DNA of 64,000 nt. Source: Octopus bimaculoides (taxonomy: Eukaryota). The stretch spans positions 98,819,538 to 98,883,537 of the forward strand of contig NC_068984.1 in assembly GCF_001194135.2 (NCBI RefSeq), written 5' to 3'. This document shows positions 1 to 13,536 of the stretch, piece by piece. The position numbers and the translations under genes were made by a program. The stretch's first letter is position 1; every line of letters begins with the position of its first letter. The notes below the pieces were generated by a model. It made no database searches. It worked only from the letters and a program-made list of their open reading frames with translations, and was not told where the DNA came from.

Positions 1-225
1 AAATATATAGGGATTGACAGTAACCTGCTTCTCCAACATACTGAGAATTCAGAAATAGCAGTCAAAGAACTACTGATTTCAAAACTACAAATTATTACTC
101 CAGATTTATTACTCCAGATTATCTGGAGTAATAATTTGTAGTTTTGAAATCAGTAGTTCTTTGACTGCTATTTCTGAATTCTCAGTATGTTGGAGAAGCA
201 GGTTACTGTCAATCCCTATATATTT
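1..225. mobile_element. Perfect foldback of a Penelope-like GIY-YIG endonuclease C-terminus
   Basis: 1-105 is the exact reverse complement of 121-225; the 15-nt spacer repeats the arm end (ttattactccagat). The arm translates IGIDSNLLLQHTENSEIAVKELLISKLQIITPD, resembling the PLE endonuclease C-terminus (KE.FWI.KL.TL.P.GLN type). May extend beyond the window start. Confidence 0.7.
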
Positions 226-241
226 ATGATTATATAGATAT

Positions 242-242
<1 letters not shown>

Positions 243-300
<58 letters not shown>
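243..300. repeat. (GATA)n microsatellite
   Basis: Direct reading of the sequence. Confidence 0.97.
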
Positions 301-900
301 CTGAGTCTGTCCAAAAAATGTATACACATCTCAAGATAGAAAAATATTTAGAAACACTTTAATACTAATTTTATTCAGACATCATGGGATTACTACAAGT
401 TAACTTCAATTTCTTCAGTTACAAAAGGTGCACAAACTGGTGGTCGCTAGCTACCCGACACTTTTTAGTATGGCGAACTGCTGCTTGGGCAATGTTAGTC
501 AAAGTGTTCAGTGGGATTGTTGCACATGCTGTGTCAGCTTCTTTCTGCAATGAATGACATCCTTTAGAGTGCCCCTTAAGTAAAATTCTGCAGTTTTTAA
601 ATCATGAGAATGTATGGGGAACTTAACTACAATGTCTTCATCTTAGCCAGTGTTCTTGTAAATTCTCATCTTGGTAAGCTCACATGTCTCAGCAGTAGTG
701 TGACTGTGCAGCATCTTGTTGAAAGAAAAATTCATCATATCCAAAAGTGCATGTATGACAGGTAAGATGGATGTGCATAGCATGTCTATGTATATTTCGT
801 CAGTAACAGTACCTTCAAAGAAAAATGATCCTATTAAACCTCTAGATGACACTCTACATCAGACATTGACTCCTGGTAAATTGACTGCCTTATCTACATA
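299..900 (-). mobile_element. Truncated IS630-Tc1-mariner transposase fragment (rosa/DD41D-like)
   Basis: Minus frames give MSSRGLIGSFFFEGTVTDEIYIDMLCTSILP followed by degenerate FQQDGA-H and FYLRGTLK segments; TIR-like end tactgagtctgtccaaaaaatgtatacac at ~299. Frameshifted; subfamily call is tentative. Confidence 0.65.
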
Positions 901-1579
901 CTAAAAAAAAAGAAAAAAGGCAAAATATGTTGAAGTTAAATTATTTAATCCAGAGATGCCTGAATAAAATTTGTGAAATATTTCTACAGATTTTTCTGTC
1001 CCTGACGTGTATATGCATTTTATTGCTGGACTCTGTATATATATATATTTTAGTATCTACACAAGACCTTATTATAGATTCATTTCAGCCAATTTTAAAA
1101 TGTTTTTGTACATGAAAGTTTGGCAATGGCTTTTCCACTGGAAGTCAAGCAGTGTCACTTCTGATTTCTGGGTGTTCTGAAAAATAAACACGCCACAGGA
1201 AAAGCCCAGAGAGGAAATTTTTTGTTATTTATGCTCTTTGGATAAGGATCATATTCTGCCACTACAGTGTAAGAGATAAATGCCTGAAGAATTGGGCTGA
1301 GGACAGAGTGCAAATGAGAAGGGCTTGATAAGTATGAAGGAGGCAGAAAGTGGAGATGGAGAGAGTGGTCAACTTTAAAATTCTAAGTGGACTGGTTGAT
1401 ACATGTGTATGTGTATGGTTTTGTATGTAATAAGCTGGGTGTGACAAACCCAGTGCTGAACTCTCAGTCAGACTTGAAGTACTGGTGGTGAAAGTGCTAA
1501 CTTTATACATGTGGTGGTGTTCATCAGTATCCAAATATATATTTCCTTTCATGCAAGCAGGAATGGAAAGGCTCACTTT

Positions 1580-1910
1580 TACAATTTGGCTAAGTTTTTA
1601 TTTGAAAAACTTATCTAGTATAATTCCCTTCTCCCTAAGCAGAGCCTCCACCCACTATAGTTATTGAAGTATGGCCTGTATTTCTTCAGTACTCTCTACT
1701 TAATTCTGTAATTTATGGCTCTTTTTTTCAACAATCATATATGCTTAGCAAGAGCTGAGAGATTGTCTCTCCTGGATATTAAAAGAGGTCTTGTGATTGT
1801 TAAATCTGACTCCGAAGGAACCTTTGGTTATGTCTTAAATATTTCTGTATCTCTGCTTACTGACTGGGATCCTTTGACATCACCTCCGCTTTATATACAA
1901 CAGTTTCTGT
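1580..1910 (-). mobile_element. Decayed Penelope-like GIY-YIG endonuclease fragment
   Basis: Mixed minus frames: TVVYKAEV...GSFGVRFNNHKTSFN...LAKHI*LLKKRAINYRIK*RVLKKYRPY...RLCLGEK, the pattern typical of the PLE endonuclease end. Confidence 0.65.
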
Positions 1911-2661
1911 GTTGTAGAAAATAGTAGTGGGTAGGCCATTACCTGAAATGGAAGCTATATGCTCATGCAATAGCAACACTGTGTGTCCACTTAATTGCCA
2001 ATGCAACACAGAGACCATCGCATACTATTAGCAAGAAATTTAGGAAAGACAGTATGTCACATCTTCACATACATACATAGACACATGCACATATATCTGT
2101 TACATATTAGATCAGCAATAATGTCGAGGCCCCACCTATGGCTCAACTGTATTTTGCTATTCTTTACTAAGGAGAGCATAGAGTTGAAAGCTTTGGCATT
2201 ATTGTATTACAGGTTTTTTTTTACATTAAGCCAAGTTAGCCAACCACAAAAGCAATATCATTAGGATTTCATCTAAATCAATGAGTACTGTATTGTTAGA
2301 TGGTAGAATAATAGTTTTTCACATTAGCACAACCATCAGTTTTAGAGAGGGAGAGTAGCTAATAAATTTTATTGTCTTGTCTCATATATGACTGGTATAT
2401 AATATTATTAGCCCAGATGGCATTTGACCTGAGAATGTAGTGGGAGATGAACTAAATTCTGAAAGACATTCTTCCAGTATTTTCTGTATCCTGCCATTCT
2501 GAAATGTCAGAACAGTGTAATTTATAAATGCAAAGATGATTTCTGAACTATTTGATTGATCTTAAACTTAATGTCTCAACTAGTTTCCTTAATCTTTTCC
2601 AGCAAGACTCAATTCACTGAGGACTTCCATCATCACAGTAATCATTGCTTTGTATATACAT

Positions 2662-2663
<2 letters not shown>

Positions 2664-2748
<85 letters not shown>

Positions 2749-2760
2749 TGTGTGTGTGTG
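2664..2760. repeat. (GT)n microsatellite
   Basis: Direct reading. Dozens of similar (CA/GT)n, (TATG)n, (CAT)n and (TA)n tracts occur across the window and generate most of the low-complexity ORFs in the track. Confidence 0.97.
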
Positions 2761-3039
2761 CTCAATTCAACTTAACTTGACGGTTCCTAAATGAAGCAAT
2801 CAATCATGAATTATCTCACTTCTGGCCATAAAAATACAATGGTGAATCTGACTGAGTCAGCTGGATATGAATAGAATATGTATTGGATACGAATAATGTC
2901 TTAGCACAGTGTAGAAAATGACAACAGTGTTCTTTAATACAACTCAAAGGTTCTATGCTTTAGTGGAGAAGATATTTGAGAATAAGAACATCAATTCTCT
3001 GATTATTGGTCTCAAATTTAGTGATGAATATCATCATCG

Positions 3040-3075
<36 letters not shown>

Positions 3076-3363
3076 CATTTCCATCATGTCATGGGCCAGA
3101 TGAGAATATGATGAGGCGGAGTTTTCCACAGTCAGATGCCTGGTATCCTTCCTCATACCACCTGCCATCTGTTTCCAAACAAAGTAATAATTTCCCAGTT
3201 TATAGAGCAATAAACAACCTGGGTTTGGTTATGTGGAAAACTGGAAACAAACAAAACTCTTTGAATGAATCTTTCATTTACACATGTGAAACAACCCAAA
3301 ATACAAGCTGACACAAGCATACACTTGCACACATGCAGATACATACATACATACATACATACA

Positions 3364-3395
<32 letters not shown>

Positions 3396-3639
3396 GATAG
3401 AGAGAGAGAGAGAGGGAGAATTCACAAAAAAGACAAAAGACGAAGACAGGTAGTGTAGACAACAAACAGATGTATTAGTTTAATGCTCGGGAAGTGAAAA
3501 AGTCTTTAATGTTTCGAGCCTACACTCTTCCACAGAAAGGAACACAAAAAGAAACAAGGAGAGAAAATAAAGAATGTGTAGTGGTTAACTTTTTAGACAA
3601 GATAACAAAGGATTGATATGCCTGGCACCTTGCTGTACA

Positions 3640-3945
3640 CAAGAAGACTTGTACTCCACAGCAGAAGTGTTAAGATTGTTTCCCTTGGGGAAGAGGTTTG
3701 TCCTGCAAGAGTCCTGTGCTGGTGCCATATAAAAAGCAATCATGTTGGTACTACATGAAAGCACTTGTGCTGATGCCATGTAAAAGCACCCAGCACACAC
3801 ACTGTAAAGTGGTTGGTGTTAGGAAGTGCATCCAGCTGTAAAAACTAAGCTTGGAGCTAGGTGCAGCTTTCCAGCTTACTAGCTCTGGTCAAAACGTCCA
3901 GCCAATACCAGCATGGACAACAGACATTGAATAATAATGATGACC
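3640..3945 (+). mobile_element. RTE LINE 3' tail fragment
   Basis: Degenerate reverse complement of the 3' UTR tails seen at 5752-6040 and 45880-46330 (taaaagcaccc...catccagctgtaaaaac...ccagcatgga...gatga). Confidence 0.7.
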
Positions 3946-4029
3946 ATATATATATACATTTTTTCTTCTTAATGTAGATGTACCAAAGAACGCCACACAA
4001 CTGCAGAATTTCTTTTGAGACAGCATCTC

Positions 4030-4628
4030 ATATAGACATTTAGTGCTAAAATAAACAAAAATTTATCAGTAGTAGACAAACAGTGTCCAGTAGTGGAAGT
4101 TAAATTTCTGGGTCTAGATTTCTGGTTATTTGAGCAACATCAGCAGCAAGTATTGACTAAGCAACAACCAAAATAAGCTTTCAGTGATAGAGAGAAGCAG
4201 TGATTAAGAATATGCTCCAGTCACAAATCACCAACAATCTTGGAGAAAAGTTACGAGCAACTGAATCAGTATTAGTTCAAAATAACTTACTGTATATCCT
4301 AGTGAACGAATTTTGTAGTTGTGTGGCTTTCTAAAGTTTGTTCATATTAAGTAGGATATACAAAATACTATTTTGAACTGATACTGATTCTGTCACTAGT
4401 AAGTTTTTTATGAGCCTGCCTGCTATTTGTGATCCTAGTGTTTTGTTAATTACTGCTTTTCTGTATCAACAGCAGCTAAATTAATCTAAGCATGCAGTTA
4501 CTAAGTGGATACTTGCTTCTAATGATGCTCACAGAGGTTAAAATCTAGATCCAGCAATTCCACCACTGCTACTGGACAGTTTTCATTTGCTATTGGTGTA
4601 TTTCTGTGCTTTTTAGCACTATACATCT
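4030..4628. repeat. Old diverged inverted repeat (arms ~4030-4292 and ~4368-4628)
   Basis: Shared blocks on opposite strands: ttttgaact.atactgattc, tatttgtga, ttaat.actgctt, atacttgct, aaatctaga.ccag, actactggaca, ttttagcacta. Many mismatches. Confidence 0.75.
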
Positions 4629-4773
4629 AGATTAGAAGCTATCTTGAGATGAATTCTGCAGTTGTGTGGTTTTCCATAGTACATCTAAGTCAAGTAGGAT
4701 ATGTTGAATACTATCTTGACTAATACTGCTTTTGTTGTTAGTAACACACACACACACGCACACACACACACGC

Positions 4774-4810
<37 letters not shown>

Positions 4811-5751
4811 CACACACACATACGCACACTTATGACAAGCTTGTATACAGTTTCCATCCAATTGCATTGTATTGGCTAACCCAAGATTATAGTAGAAAAC
4901 AATTGCCAAATGTGTTGCACAGTAGAATCAAATCTTGAGTACAGGGTTGTGAAGCAAACGTCTTAACCACAAAATCATCTCTGTAATAATGGAAAGAATG
5001 GTTACAGTACCCTCTCTCTCTCATTGTCTTCATCTCCATACCCAATTGATCATCTGATACTTTATCAATGTAGTTATCCATACTACTTTTGGCAACAACA
5101 ATCCTTGAAATAGCACTTCTTATTTCTAAATGTCTTTTCTTGTTTTTTCTCCCTATGCTGAGACAGCAAAAAATATCTTTAAATATCTGATCAGATTTCA
5201 GTTATTCATGATAAAACATGAAGAACATCTTCAAAAAAAAAATAAGAAAGCAAATATTGTAAAGATGAAAGTAACGAGATATTGTGAGAAAGAACATCAG
5301 GAAGAAGTTGAATATTGGCAAGGAATAAAGTCTTGCAGTAAAAAATACACATAAAAAAAGGCAAGATTTGTTACTATGCAGACAGCCATTTGTGACTGCT
5401 ATTTTACATTATGTCATAATTAGAAAAAGGATGTCACTTTAATGTATTTCATATATATTGGATCAACTTTAATTGAATCATCTCACACACTTTTATGCAA
5501 TGGCAGCTGTCTGACAAGATTATTACAGATTCCTCTTCTTACCTACTTACTGGTTTCAATCACTGGGCTGTGGCCATGCTGGAGCACTGCCTACAACTGT
5601 TTTAGTTTATCATATCGACCCAGTACTTTGTCTGGTGATTATTTTATCAAACTTGTTACAATCCAAAAGCACATAGACATATATTTATCTGTCTGGCTTT
5701 CTCTTTACCTATCTACTTAGTTATCTTTATATCTACTTTCATTCTTCTCTA

Positions 5752-6830
5752 TATCATCATCATCGTCGTCATCGTTTAACGTCCGCTTTCCATGCTGGCA
5801 TGGGTTGGACGGTTTGACTGAGGGCTGGCACGCTAGAAGTTTGCACCAGGCTCCAATCTGATCTGGCAAAGTTTCTACAGCTGGATGACCTTCCTAATGC
5901 CAACCACTCTGAGAATGTAGTGGGTGCTTTTGCATGCCACCAGCACAGGAGCCAGTCAGGAGACGCTGGCAACGATCATGCTCAAATGGTGCTTTTTACA
6001 TGCTACTGGCATGGGAGCCAGTCAGCAGCCCTGGCAGCGACTACAATCGCAGCCCATGTTTCACTGCCATGTAGCATGGCTGTTTGCACACACATGTCAT
6101 ACAGTCTACCTTTTACTCTGAGTGAGAGGTCCTTTGTCACCAGCAGAGGTAGGAGCTCTCTGAACTTTGCCCAGGCTATTCTTATACTAGCAGCTATACT
6201 TTCAGAGCATCCACCCCCACTACTGACTTGGTCACCTAGGTAACAGAAGCTATCAACTACTTGAAGTTTTTTCCCCTGGAATGTGATGGAAACAGTTCTC
6301 TGCACATTTTCAGTGATTATGGCTCCTGAGCATTTGCCACACACAAAAAACTATCTTCCCAGTTAGCCTTCCTTTGATATTGCTGCACCTCTTATGTGTC
6401 CATAGCTTGCACTGGGTACATCTTATGGAGTTTCTACCTACACCTTTTCAGCAGATTGAGCAGGACCATCTACCTGAAGGGATTTGTGGTTTGTCAGTCT
6501 TACTACTTATTAAGACTTTGGTTTTTGCTAGATTGACTCTAAGGCCCTTCGATTCTAATCCTTGCTTCAACACCTGAAACTTCTCCTCTAGTTCTGATAG
6601 TGACTTATCTATTAGAGCAAGGTCATCAGCATAGAGAAGCTCCCAAGGGCATTCTGTCTTGAATTCCTCTGTTATTGCCTGGAAGACTATGATGAATAAG
6701 AGGGGGCTGAAGACTGATCCTTGGTGGACCCCTACCCCTATCTAGAATTCTTCACTGCACTTGTTGCCAACCCTCACCTTACTGACAGCATCTCTGTACA
6801 TGGCTTGTACAGCTCTCACTAACCATTCAT
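5752..6830 (-). mobile_element. 5'-truncated, internally deleted RTE-clade LINE
   Basis: ORF 6003-6344 (VDSFCYLGDQVSSGGGCSES...AWAKFRELLPLL...KGRLYDMCVQTAMLHGSETW) is RT C-terminal; upstream frames contain LYADDLALI; (GAT)n tail at ~5755. Confidence 0.9.
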
Positions 6831-7444
6831 CTATATATGTAAGTTTTATACATACCCAAAAACACAAAAAAGCACAAACACCTTGATTATCAAAGAACGT
6901 TCCACTTTTATACTTCACTATCAGAAACTTTACAAAAGGAAGGTAAAATAGTTTTTATGCCGATGCAATCTTTTAATTATTTAAAGATATAAAGATATGT
7001 ATTGTTTAAAATACACTAAATCTTCTGCATATATAAAGAAACTCTTTCTAATTTAATAAAAGAATTGTACATACATTCTTTAGTTTATACAGTATGTAAA
7101 ATACATGAAGCAATAAAATATAATCATAGCACTATTAATTCAGTTAGATTTTATTTTTACAAAAAAGAAAACAGAATGAAAGCATGGAAGATTGACTGCT
7201 TCACTTTCTCCTGTAAACTTTTAATTCTTTCACATTACAGGTTCAGTGTTAACATTACAGATCTTTGAACACTTCATACTTCTTCCAAAATTTGGTTTAA
7301 TTTCTAGAAATCATTCAAAAGAACAAGTTATTAAATAATTTCTAAAATTTTTAGATTAAATTTTTGTGGTTAAAACCTCCTGTGTTGAATTTTTTTTTTT
7401 TTTTGTTATCTGTTCTATACACTTGTGGTTCTGTTAATCCTTAA

Positions 7445-7900
7445 GGTTTACATAGGTTAGGCCTTATTATTATCATACAATAAACCCTGAATATTACATG
7501 TAGCGAATTCTTGAAATCCCATTCCTTTTGCCATTTGTAGAAGGTAACTCTTTATGGAAACTGTTTCATCCACTATCATATGGTCTTCCTTAATTGGGAA
7601 AAACCAGTGAGTCATTGCATGGTGTAATTTTTCCAGAATTATTTGACAGATTAATGTTTATCATCAATCACTATAAACAGCTGATTTAAAGTTTTTCTTA
7701 TAGACCTTGAAAACAGATCTAACTTCCTATAGTAGTAAAGCTGTGTTTGATATGCACATTTAAACTGAAACAAGATCTGAAGTTTGACAGATGTGATGAC
7801 CCAAAGTGAAACTACCCTTGGGCTCAAAATTATTCTTTTCATCATAATGTTTGACAGCAGGTACAGATATTTAACAAATAACTCAGTAAACAAGTGTAAT
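7445..7900 (-). mobile_element. Highly decayed piggyBac (PGBD2/3-like) transposase remnant
   Basis: Minus frame EDHMIVDETVSIKSYLLQMAKGMGFQEFATCNIQGLLYD aligns by eye to the piggyBac SVDE..IPFKG...KQYLPNKPKKWGFK...SGL.YD block, with frameshifts. No TIRs found. Confidence 0.4.
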
Positions 7901-9151
7901 CTAAGCTTTTTTGTTAGGTTTTCATTTAATCCTTTGAAGATGGAGCCTCATTTGGAGTTTCAGGACCAAGGAGACAGAACCCTTTTCACAAGCCCTACAG
8001 AGGGCATGCACTTATTATTCAAAAGAAATTATACAAAATAAAGTAATTACTTTGCATATATAAAACTATACATATTCTTGTAGGAAACTGAATGAACTAA
8101 TACAATCTTCTTTGTCATTCAACTTTTTGCCCGATTGATTGGCCCTGTTGTCTCCTAAGGGTTATATTTCAAGACATATTGCACATGGAGCATAAAAATA
8201 ATAATCAAATAATAGCTAAAGTTTCCTCTTTCCTTTCAATTGCACTAGAAATTCTGATGCATCCAAGATATCATCACTTCCTCTTTTACTCAAATGTTAT
8301 GGGTATTAAATCTTTCAAACCATTCATGAGACGTAACAAACATCTGAGTGATTTTCCTAGCTTTATTTTTCAATTTGTTAAAATTATATAATGCTTTTGT
8401 TGGATAATGGTTTGACAGGGTGGCAAGTGATACTATGACATACCATCCATCCATCCAAAAATTTTAACAGCTTCTGTCAAACCATCTAACCTATGCTAAC
8501 ATAGAAAATAAATGCTAAATAGTGGTGGTCATGATGATGATGATGAAGGCATGCTGCATCACACACGTTCAATTTTTGTGACTCTGAATAATGAGTAATA
8601 CATTATTACAAGCTACTATAGCTTTCTTAAGCTATGCATAGAAATAATAGGAACAAGAACGTGTTGGTGTAGTGCTTATTAGGTTTCAATCAGCTACACT
8701 AATAAAGGCAAATACAATCAGCCATTTAAATCCCTAGACTCCTTTCTCACTTAACCAGAAGTCCCTTCTCTGTGGACCAGCTCACTAGCTAACCCACAGT
8801 GAAGTCTCTGTCTACAGCTCATCTGTTACAAGTTTATGGCCAGTGCCCTACACTACCACTGTCTAACAATTGCATGACAAGTTCCTATTATAAGTCCTCT
8901 CTATCTATTGGTGATAACCTGGTAAAACACTTCCTGATATCTCTGGTGTAGCATTCATGCATCCTCAGAATGACATCTAAGGGCAGCATAGGCCTACTAT
9001 ATTATCGCTCCACCTCTTAAGGCTTTCTATTATCCATCTATCTAAGAATTAAATTGTTCTATGAAAGTAATGAAAGGTGCAATGACAACAAAACTTCCAT
9101 TACAATCTTATTGGAGCCACAAAACCCAGAGCATCTTATATGTACTAGATC

Positions 9152-9199
<48 letters not shown>

Positions 9200-9851
9200 A
9201 GTGTGTGTGAGTGTGTGAGTGTGTGTGCATACACACATATATATGTATATATATGCATGTGCGAGCACGTGTGTGTGCATGTATGTTATACATTTCAATT
9301 AAAGACAGAGAGAGATGAGTGGATAGGTGAGCAGTTAAATAGAAAGAGAGACAGGCAAACAGACAAGAGAGGAAGGAAAAGTGTGATAAGTAAGATTTAT
9401 GATACAAGGCAGGGAGGTAGTTGCATGGGGTCATGACATAATAGAATAGAGATCAATTCCAGATGACTATTCTATTATGTTAAGGTGAAGTGGGGGTAAC
9501 CAGAACAAAAGTTCCATAAAATTGTCTACAGTTTCAAAATAATTATCTCGTAAATATTGGTAATTTTGTCTGTAGTTGTTACTGTTGTTGTTATATTTGC
9601 TACAGTAAATATTGCTTAGCTCGTTAATGCAAAGAGAATTAATATGGAGCAGATTAGAAATAATTAGAAGCAATAATATAAAGACATTTATATATCTTTA
9701 GCAAGATTGATAATGTTCTTCTTTGATTAATATTTAATCTTTATTTGGTTTTATGGCTTTAGTTCCATTATTTTTCTGTGATTGCTTGGAAATATATTAT
9801 TTAATATATTATTAATAATAAGCTACATCAGTCTTTGGAATCTCTCTTCAC

Positions 9852-9894
<43 letters not shown>

Positions 9895-9958
9895 ACACAC
9901 ACACACATTGTCAGTGAAACTTAGAAGTAACTGTCAAGTCTATTTAATTATGTCTATA

Positions 9959-10220
9959 TATGAGGGTTGGCTGAAAAGTTCATAGTCTGACCAAGATACT
10001 CTCATGGAATGTGACCAAATGATGTTTATTTTTCAACATAATCTCCCTTGTGATTCACACACTTCTTCCATCGGTGTTGCAGTGCTTGGATCCTTTTGAT
10101 GAAAAAGCTTTCACTCTGTTGGCCACAAAATCATCAGCAGCAATTATGACATCATCGTCACTGATGTGTTTGCATGTTGGAAATAAGATGATAGCCAGAT
10201 GGGGTCTTGTTTGTTGTACC
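9959..10220 (+). mobile_element. Mariner-type non-autonomous element fragment
   Basis: Starts tatgagggttggctgaaaagttc (TACGAGGG-type mariner TIR); interior resembles the antisense mariner C-terminus; second TIR missing. Confidence 0.55.
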
Positions 10221-10639
10221 CTCACCTCACCTGTCTCTGCTTTTTGCTTTTTGTTTTTCATACAATTTTGAACTGATTTATATATATATATAATCTTTTA
10301 TCTTTTACTTGTTTTAATCACTGGACTACAGTCAAACTGATGCACTGCTTTGAAGGGTTTAGTTGAACAAATCTACCCTTGTACATTACTTACATTACTT
10401 ACGTTTGTTCTTTTAAGTATGGCATGCAGTGACAGGATGCCTCCAACTGATAATTTCCAGAAGAATGAAATCATGTGATAGGGACATTCTGGTGCCCATG
10501 ACAGATAATTATCATTTGCTACGATCTGTGTGTGCTTTTATGTACCAAGTGCCTATATGAGAGGATCTCTCAAGGCTAATAAGGCAGTATTAGCAAGATA
10601 TCCATGTTAAGTTGGGTAAACACACACACACACTCGCAC

Positions 10640-10845
10640 ACACATGCGTGCACACACACACAACACACACACACACACATGACACACTTCTTTCAGCTTC
10701 TGTCAACCAAATTCACTCACAAAGTTTTGGTAAGTCTGAAGTTACAATAGAAGATAGCTGCCTAAGGTTCTATACTGTGGGACTGAACAAGAAATAACAT
10801 GATTATGAAGTGAACTTCTTAATCACACAGCCATGCTTGTACCTA
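10640..10845 (-). mobile_element. tRNA-derived SINE (family S1), 5' half
   Basis: Reverse complement of the head found at 40705-40850 (ggctgtgtg...aagaag.tt.....ca.atg.t.c...ttcagtccca). Confidence 0.75.
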
Positions 10846-11724
10846 CATATATATATATCTATAAATATATATGCTTGACATATGTTAGTAAAGTACACTA
10901 ACTTCCAACACCACACCGACATATATAACTAATTTCCAATTTAAATACCTCCTTTATAAACTCTAATATATTCATGACATCCTCAGCTGTCTAATCAGGT
11001 ATCATCGTGGTCTCAATACCTGATACAATACCATTCCATTTTATGGTGTTACCTGTCTAAAAATAGTTTCAACACTGCTTGAAAATGCACAAACAGAACT
11101 GTTACATGAAACAAAATGAAAATATTAAAAATTAGAAAGAATATAAAAGATAAATATGAAACATGTATTAAAGAAAGATATAAAACATGTAAGATATATA
11201 AATCCATATATATCTGGATGAAAATCTCAGAACTCACCCAGAAACTACTGAGCCCCAGAACACTATAGCACATTAGCCATGCATAGAAAATATGGTTGTA
11301 GCAAAAATGCAGGTAACAAAAAGGGAGGAAGACACAGCCTACAAGCTGAAGTGATGAATGCAAGAGAGAAAAAGACAGTACATAAGAACCAAAGACAATG
11401 AGGGTAAAAAAAGAGTGATAGAAGGCAGTAGAATCCTCGTCAATAATAAGATATCATATCTACAGCGTGGGGAAGTCATCAAAGCATAGAGAAATAGATT
11501 AACTATAAGGGAAATATAAAACTGTCAATTAACTCCAGCATCTCCTAGTGTACCTTAAACTGTATTGAAGTATGCTAAATAATGTCATAAATAATCTATA
11601 ATATGTGATAACTCAGCTACATATTCTTATTATATACAGTACCAGACCAATTATTTGGCAAGTTTGGAACCAAAAATGGCCCAAATTTCTGGATCTTTTG
11701 GTTTTCTGAGCCAGTCCAAATATA

Positions 11725-12583
11725 CAGGGTGCGATGGGTAAATTGTTGCCGTTTTCTAATTTTAATTTTGCGTATGCACATTGTTTGTTTTTGATTTTGT
11801 TGACAACACAGTATAGTAGAATCAGTTAGGCACTGTCTGTGAGAAAAATAACACCATGATGTATTTCACTTTGCTAGAAATTTGGAAACGACATGCTGTA
11901 CTGCTTGACATTTATGCCGGAAGCTCCAATACAAACATGTACCAATATGAACATGTACTGAGAGAGATGAAAATCAAACATCCAGTCAACATCATGATGT
12001 TGGAAGTGATCACTAGTGATGGCAACATTGTGCTTCCATTCATCTTCCCACATAGCCTCACACTCAACATGGAGGCCTACATCAAGTGCCTGGAGAAAGT
12101 AGTGCTGCCCTGAGTCAAGAGTGTGGCTGCTGGAAGACCCTATGTCTGGCAACAGGACTCTGCACCATGCCACACAAGCAGAAGAACCCAGTCAATGACT
12201 GTCAGACAATTTCTGTAACCATATCACTCCTAATATCTGGCCAGCTAGCTCCCCAGACTGCAACCCCCTTGATTATTATGTGTGGGGTGCAGTTGAGTGG
12301 GAGACCAACAAAACTCTTTGTAACACCAAAGATGAAGTGAAGGCAAGGATTATGGCAGCATTTACCAACTTAAACAAGGAGACCATCCAGAAGAGTTGCA
12401 GGAGATTCTGAAGTCGTTTAGAAACTGCAGTTAAAGCCAAAGGCGATTTTATTGAATAAATTTACTCTTTAGTATTTCAAGATATTTTTTATTTAATTTT
12501 GGTAAATATATCTGATAAAATGAGATGCCAGTGTTATTTTCATTTTTGCATAATTTAGATGACAGTTTATTCACCACAGCCTG
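11725..12583 (+). mobile_element. maT/DD37D transposon, internally deleted
   Basis: Imperfect TIRs cagggtgcgatgggtaaattgtt / gacagtttattcaccacagcctg, TA at 11723-24. Protein YVWQQDSAPCHTSRRTQS..FCNHITPNIWPASSPDCNPLDYYVWGAVE gives a 37-residue D-D spacing after correcting a 1-nt insertion; stops present. Confidence 0.88.
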
Positions 12584-13536
12584 CATGCTTAAGATATATA
12601 AAATAAAATTTGAAAAGTAAAAGCTAAATTGTATTTAACAGATTTAAAATAATACACTTCTAATGCAGAATTTGTTTGATAATTATTAATTCATTTAAAT
12701 TCTTAAAACATATCATACTATTCCAGGTTTATTGTATAATGATGAAATATAAAAAAACATAATGTTATTCAGCAGATACAGGTACAAATTAATATACTTC
12801 TAAGTATGTTTAATTTTTATAAATCCACTTCAAAAAGTAAAGAAAAAATTATTTTTTGTATGCCATATGCAAATTAACCAATTTCAAAAACAGTATCTAG
12901 TTACTTGATACAGGGTACAATGTATTGCATGGTATTACACAGTATTTCCAAATTTCTGGAAACCAAATAGGAGGTCCTGTATTGTGTTTTAGCTTCATGC
13001 AATATTTTGCAAGTTTGAAATAACATCAAATTTCTTCAAATTATCTTTGTGCATACATAGGTTACAACTAAAGTGTTTTTTTTTATTTATAATTTTCCAC
13101 TGTATGCTTAAGGATTCTCTCTATCAGAGTGTTCATGTTATAAACAAATCAAATCAATTAATTATTCCACCCTTATTATTTGAGAAAAAAAAATAGCTGT
13201 CACCCAAATTTCCTAAAATGCAAATTGGATGCAAAGGGTATTACTACCAACTTAAAATTAAAATCATTAGTTTTATTGTAAACATCAGTTATTAACAACC
13301 TATTGCTATTCTCTACATTAATGTATATATATAATACAGCTTTTTTACATCTGAGCTACTTTTGTTAGCTTCAAATCTTCAAATGTCTAAGAAAACTTAA
13401 CAAAGTAATATTTATGTGTATACAGATAAACATGAATATTTATTGATTGTGAGTGTGTGTGTGTGTGTATAATGCACACACACACACACACACACGCACA
13501 CACACACACACACATATGCATACATACATATATATA

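Noticed and set aside
2429-2498. Possible minus-strand exon NGRIQKILEECLSEFSSSPTTFS with a good acceptor
   Set aside because: Weak donor (GTCAAA), and the 3' part overlaps repeat-like sequence (gagaatgtagtggg, as in the RTE tail); no supporting neighbour exon.
7541-8302. Plus-strand exon candidates (7541-7606, 7940-8042, ~8248-8302) with plausible AG/GT sites
   Set aside because: Several frames are open with no recognisable product, and the opposite strand is better explained as a decayed piggyBac transposase. RNA-seq would be needed to revive them.
12905-12955. 51-nt minus-strand exon candidate (ttggtttccAG...GTaact)
   Set aside because: Good splice signals but two open frames, no homology recognised, and phase-incompatible with the 18 kb candidate; expected by chance in AT-rich DNA.
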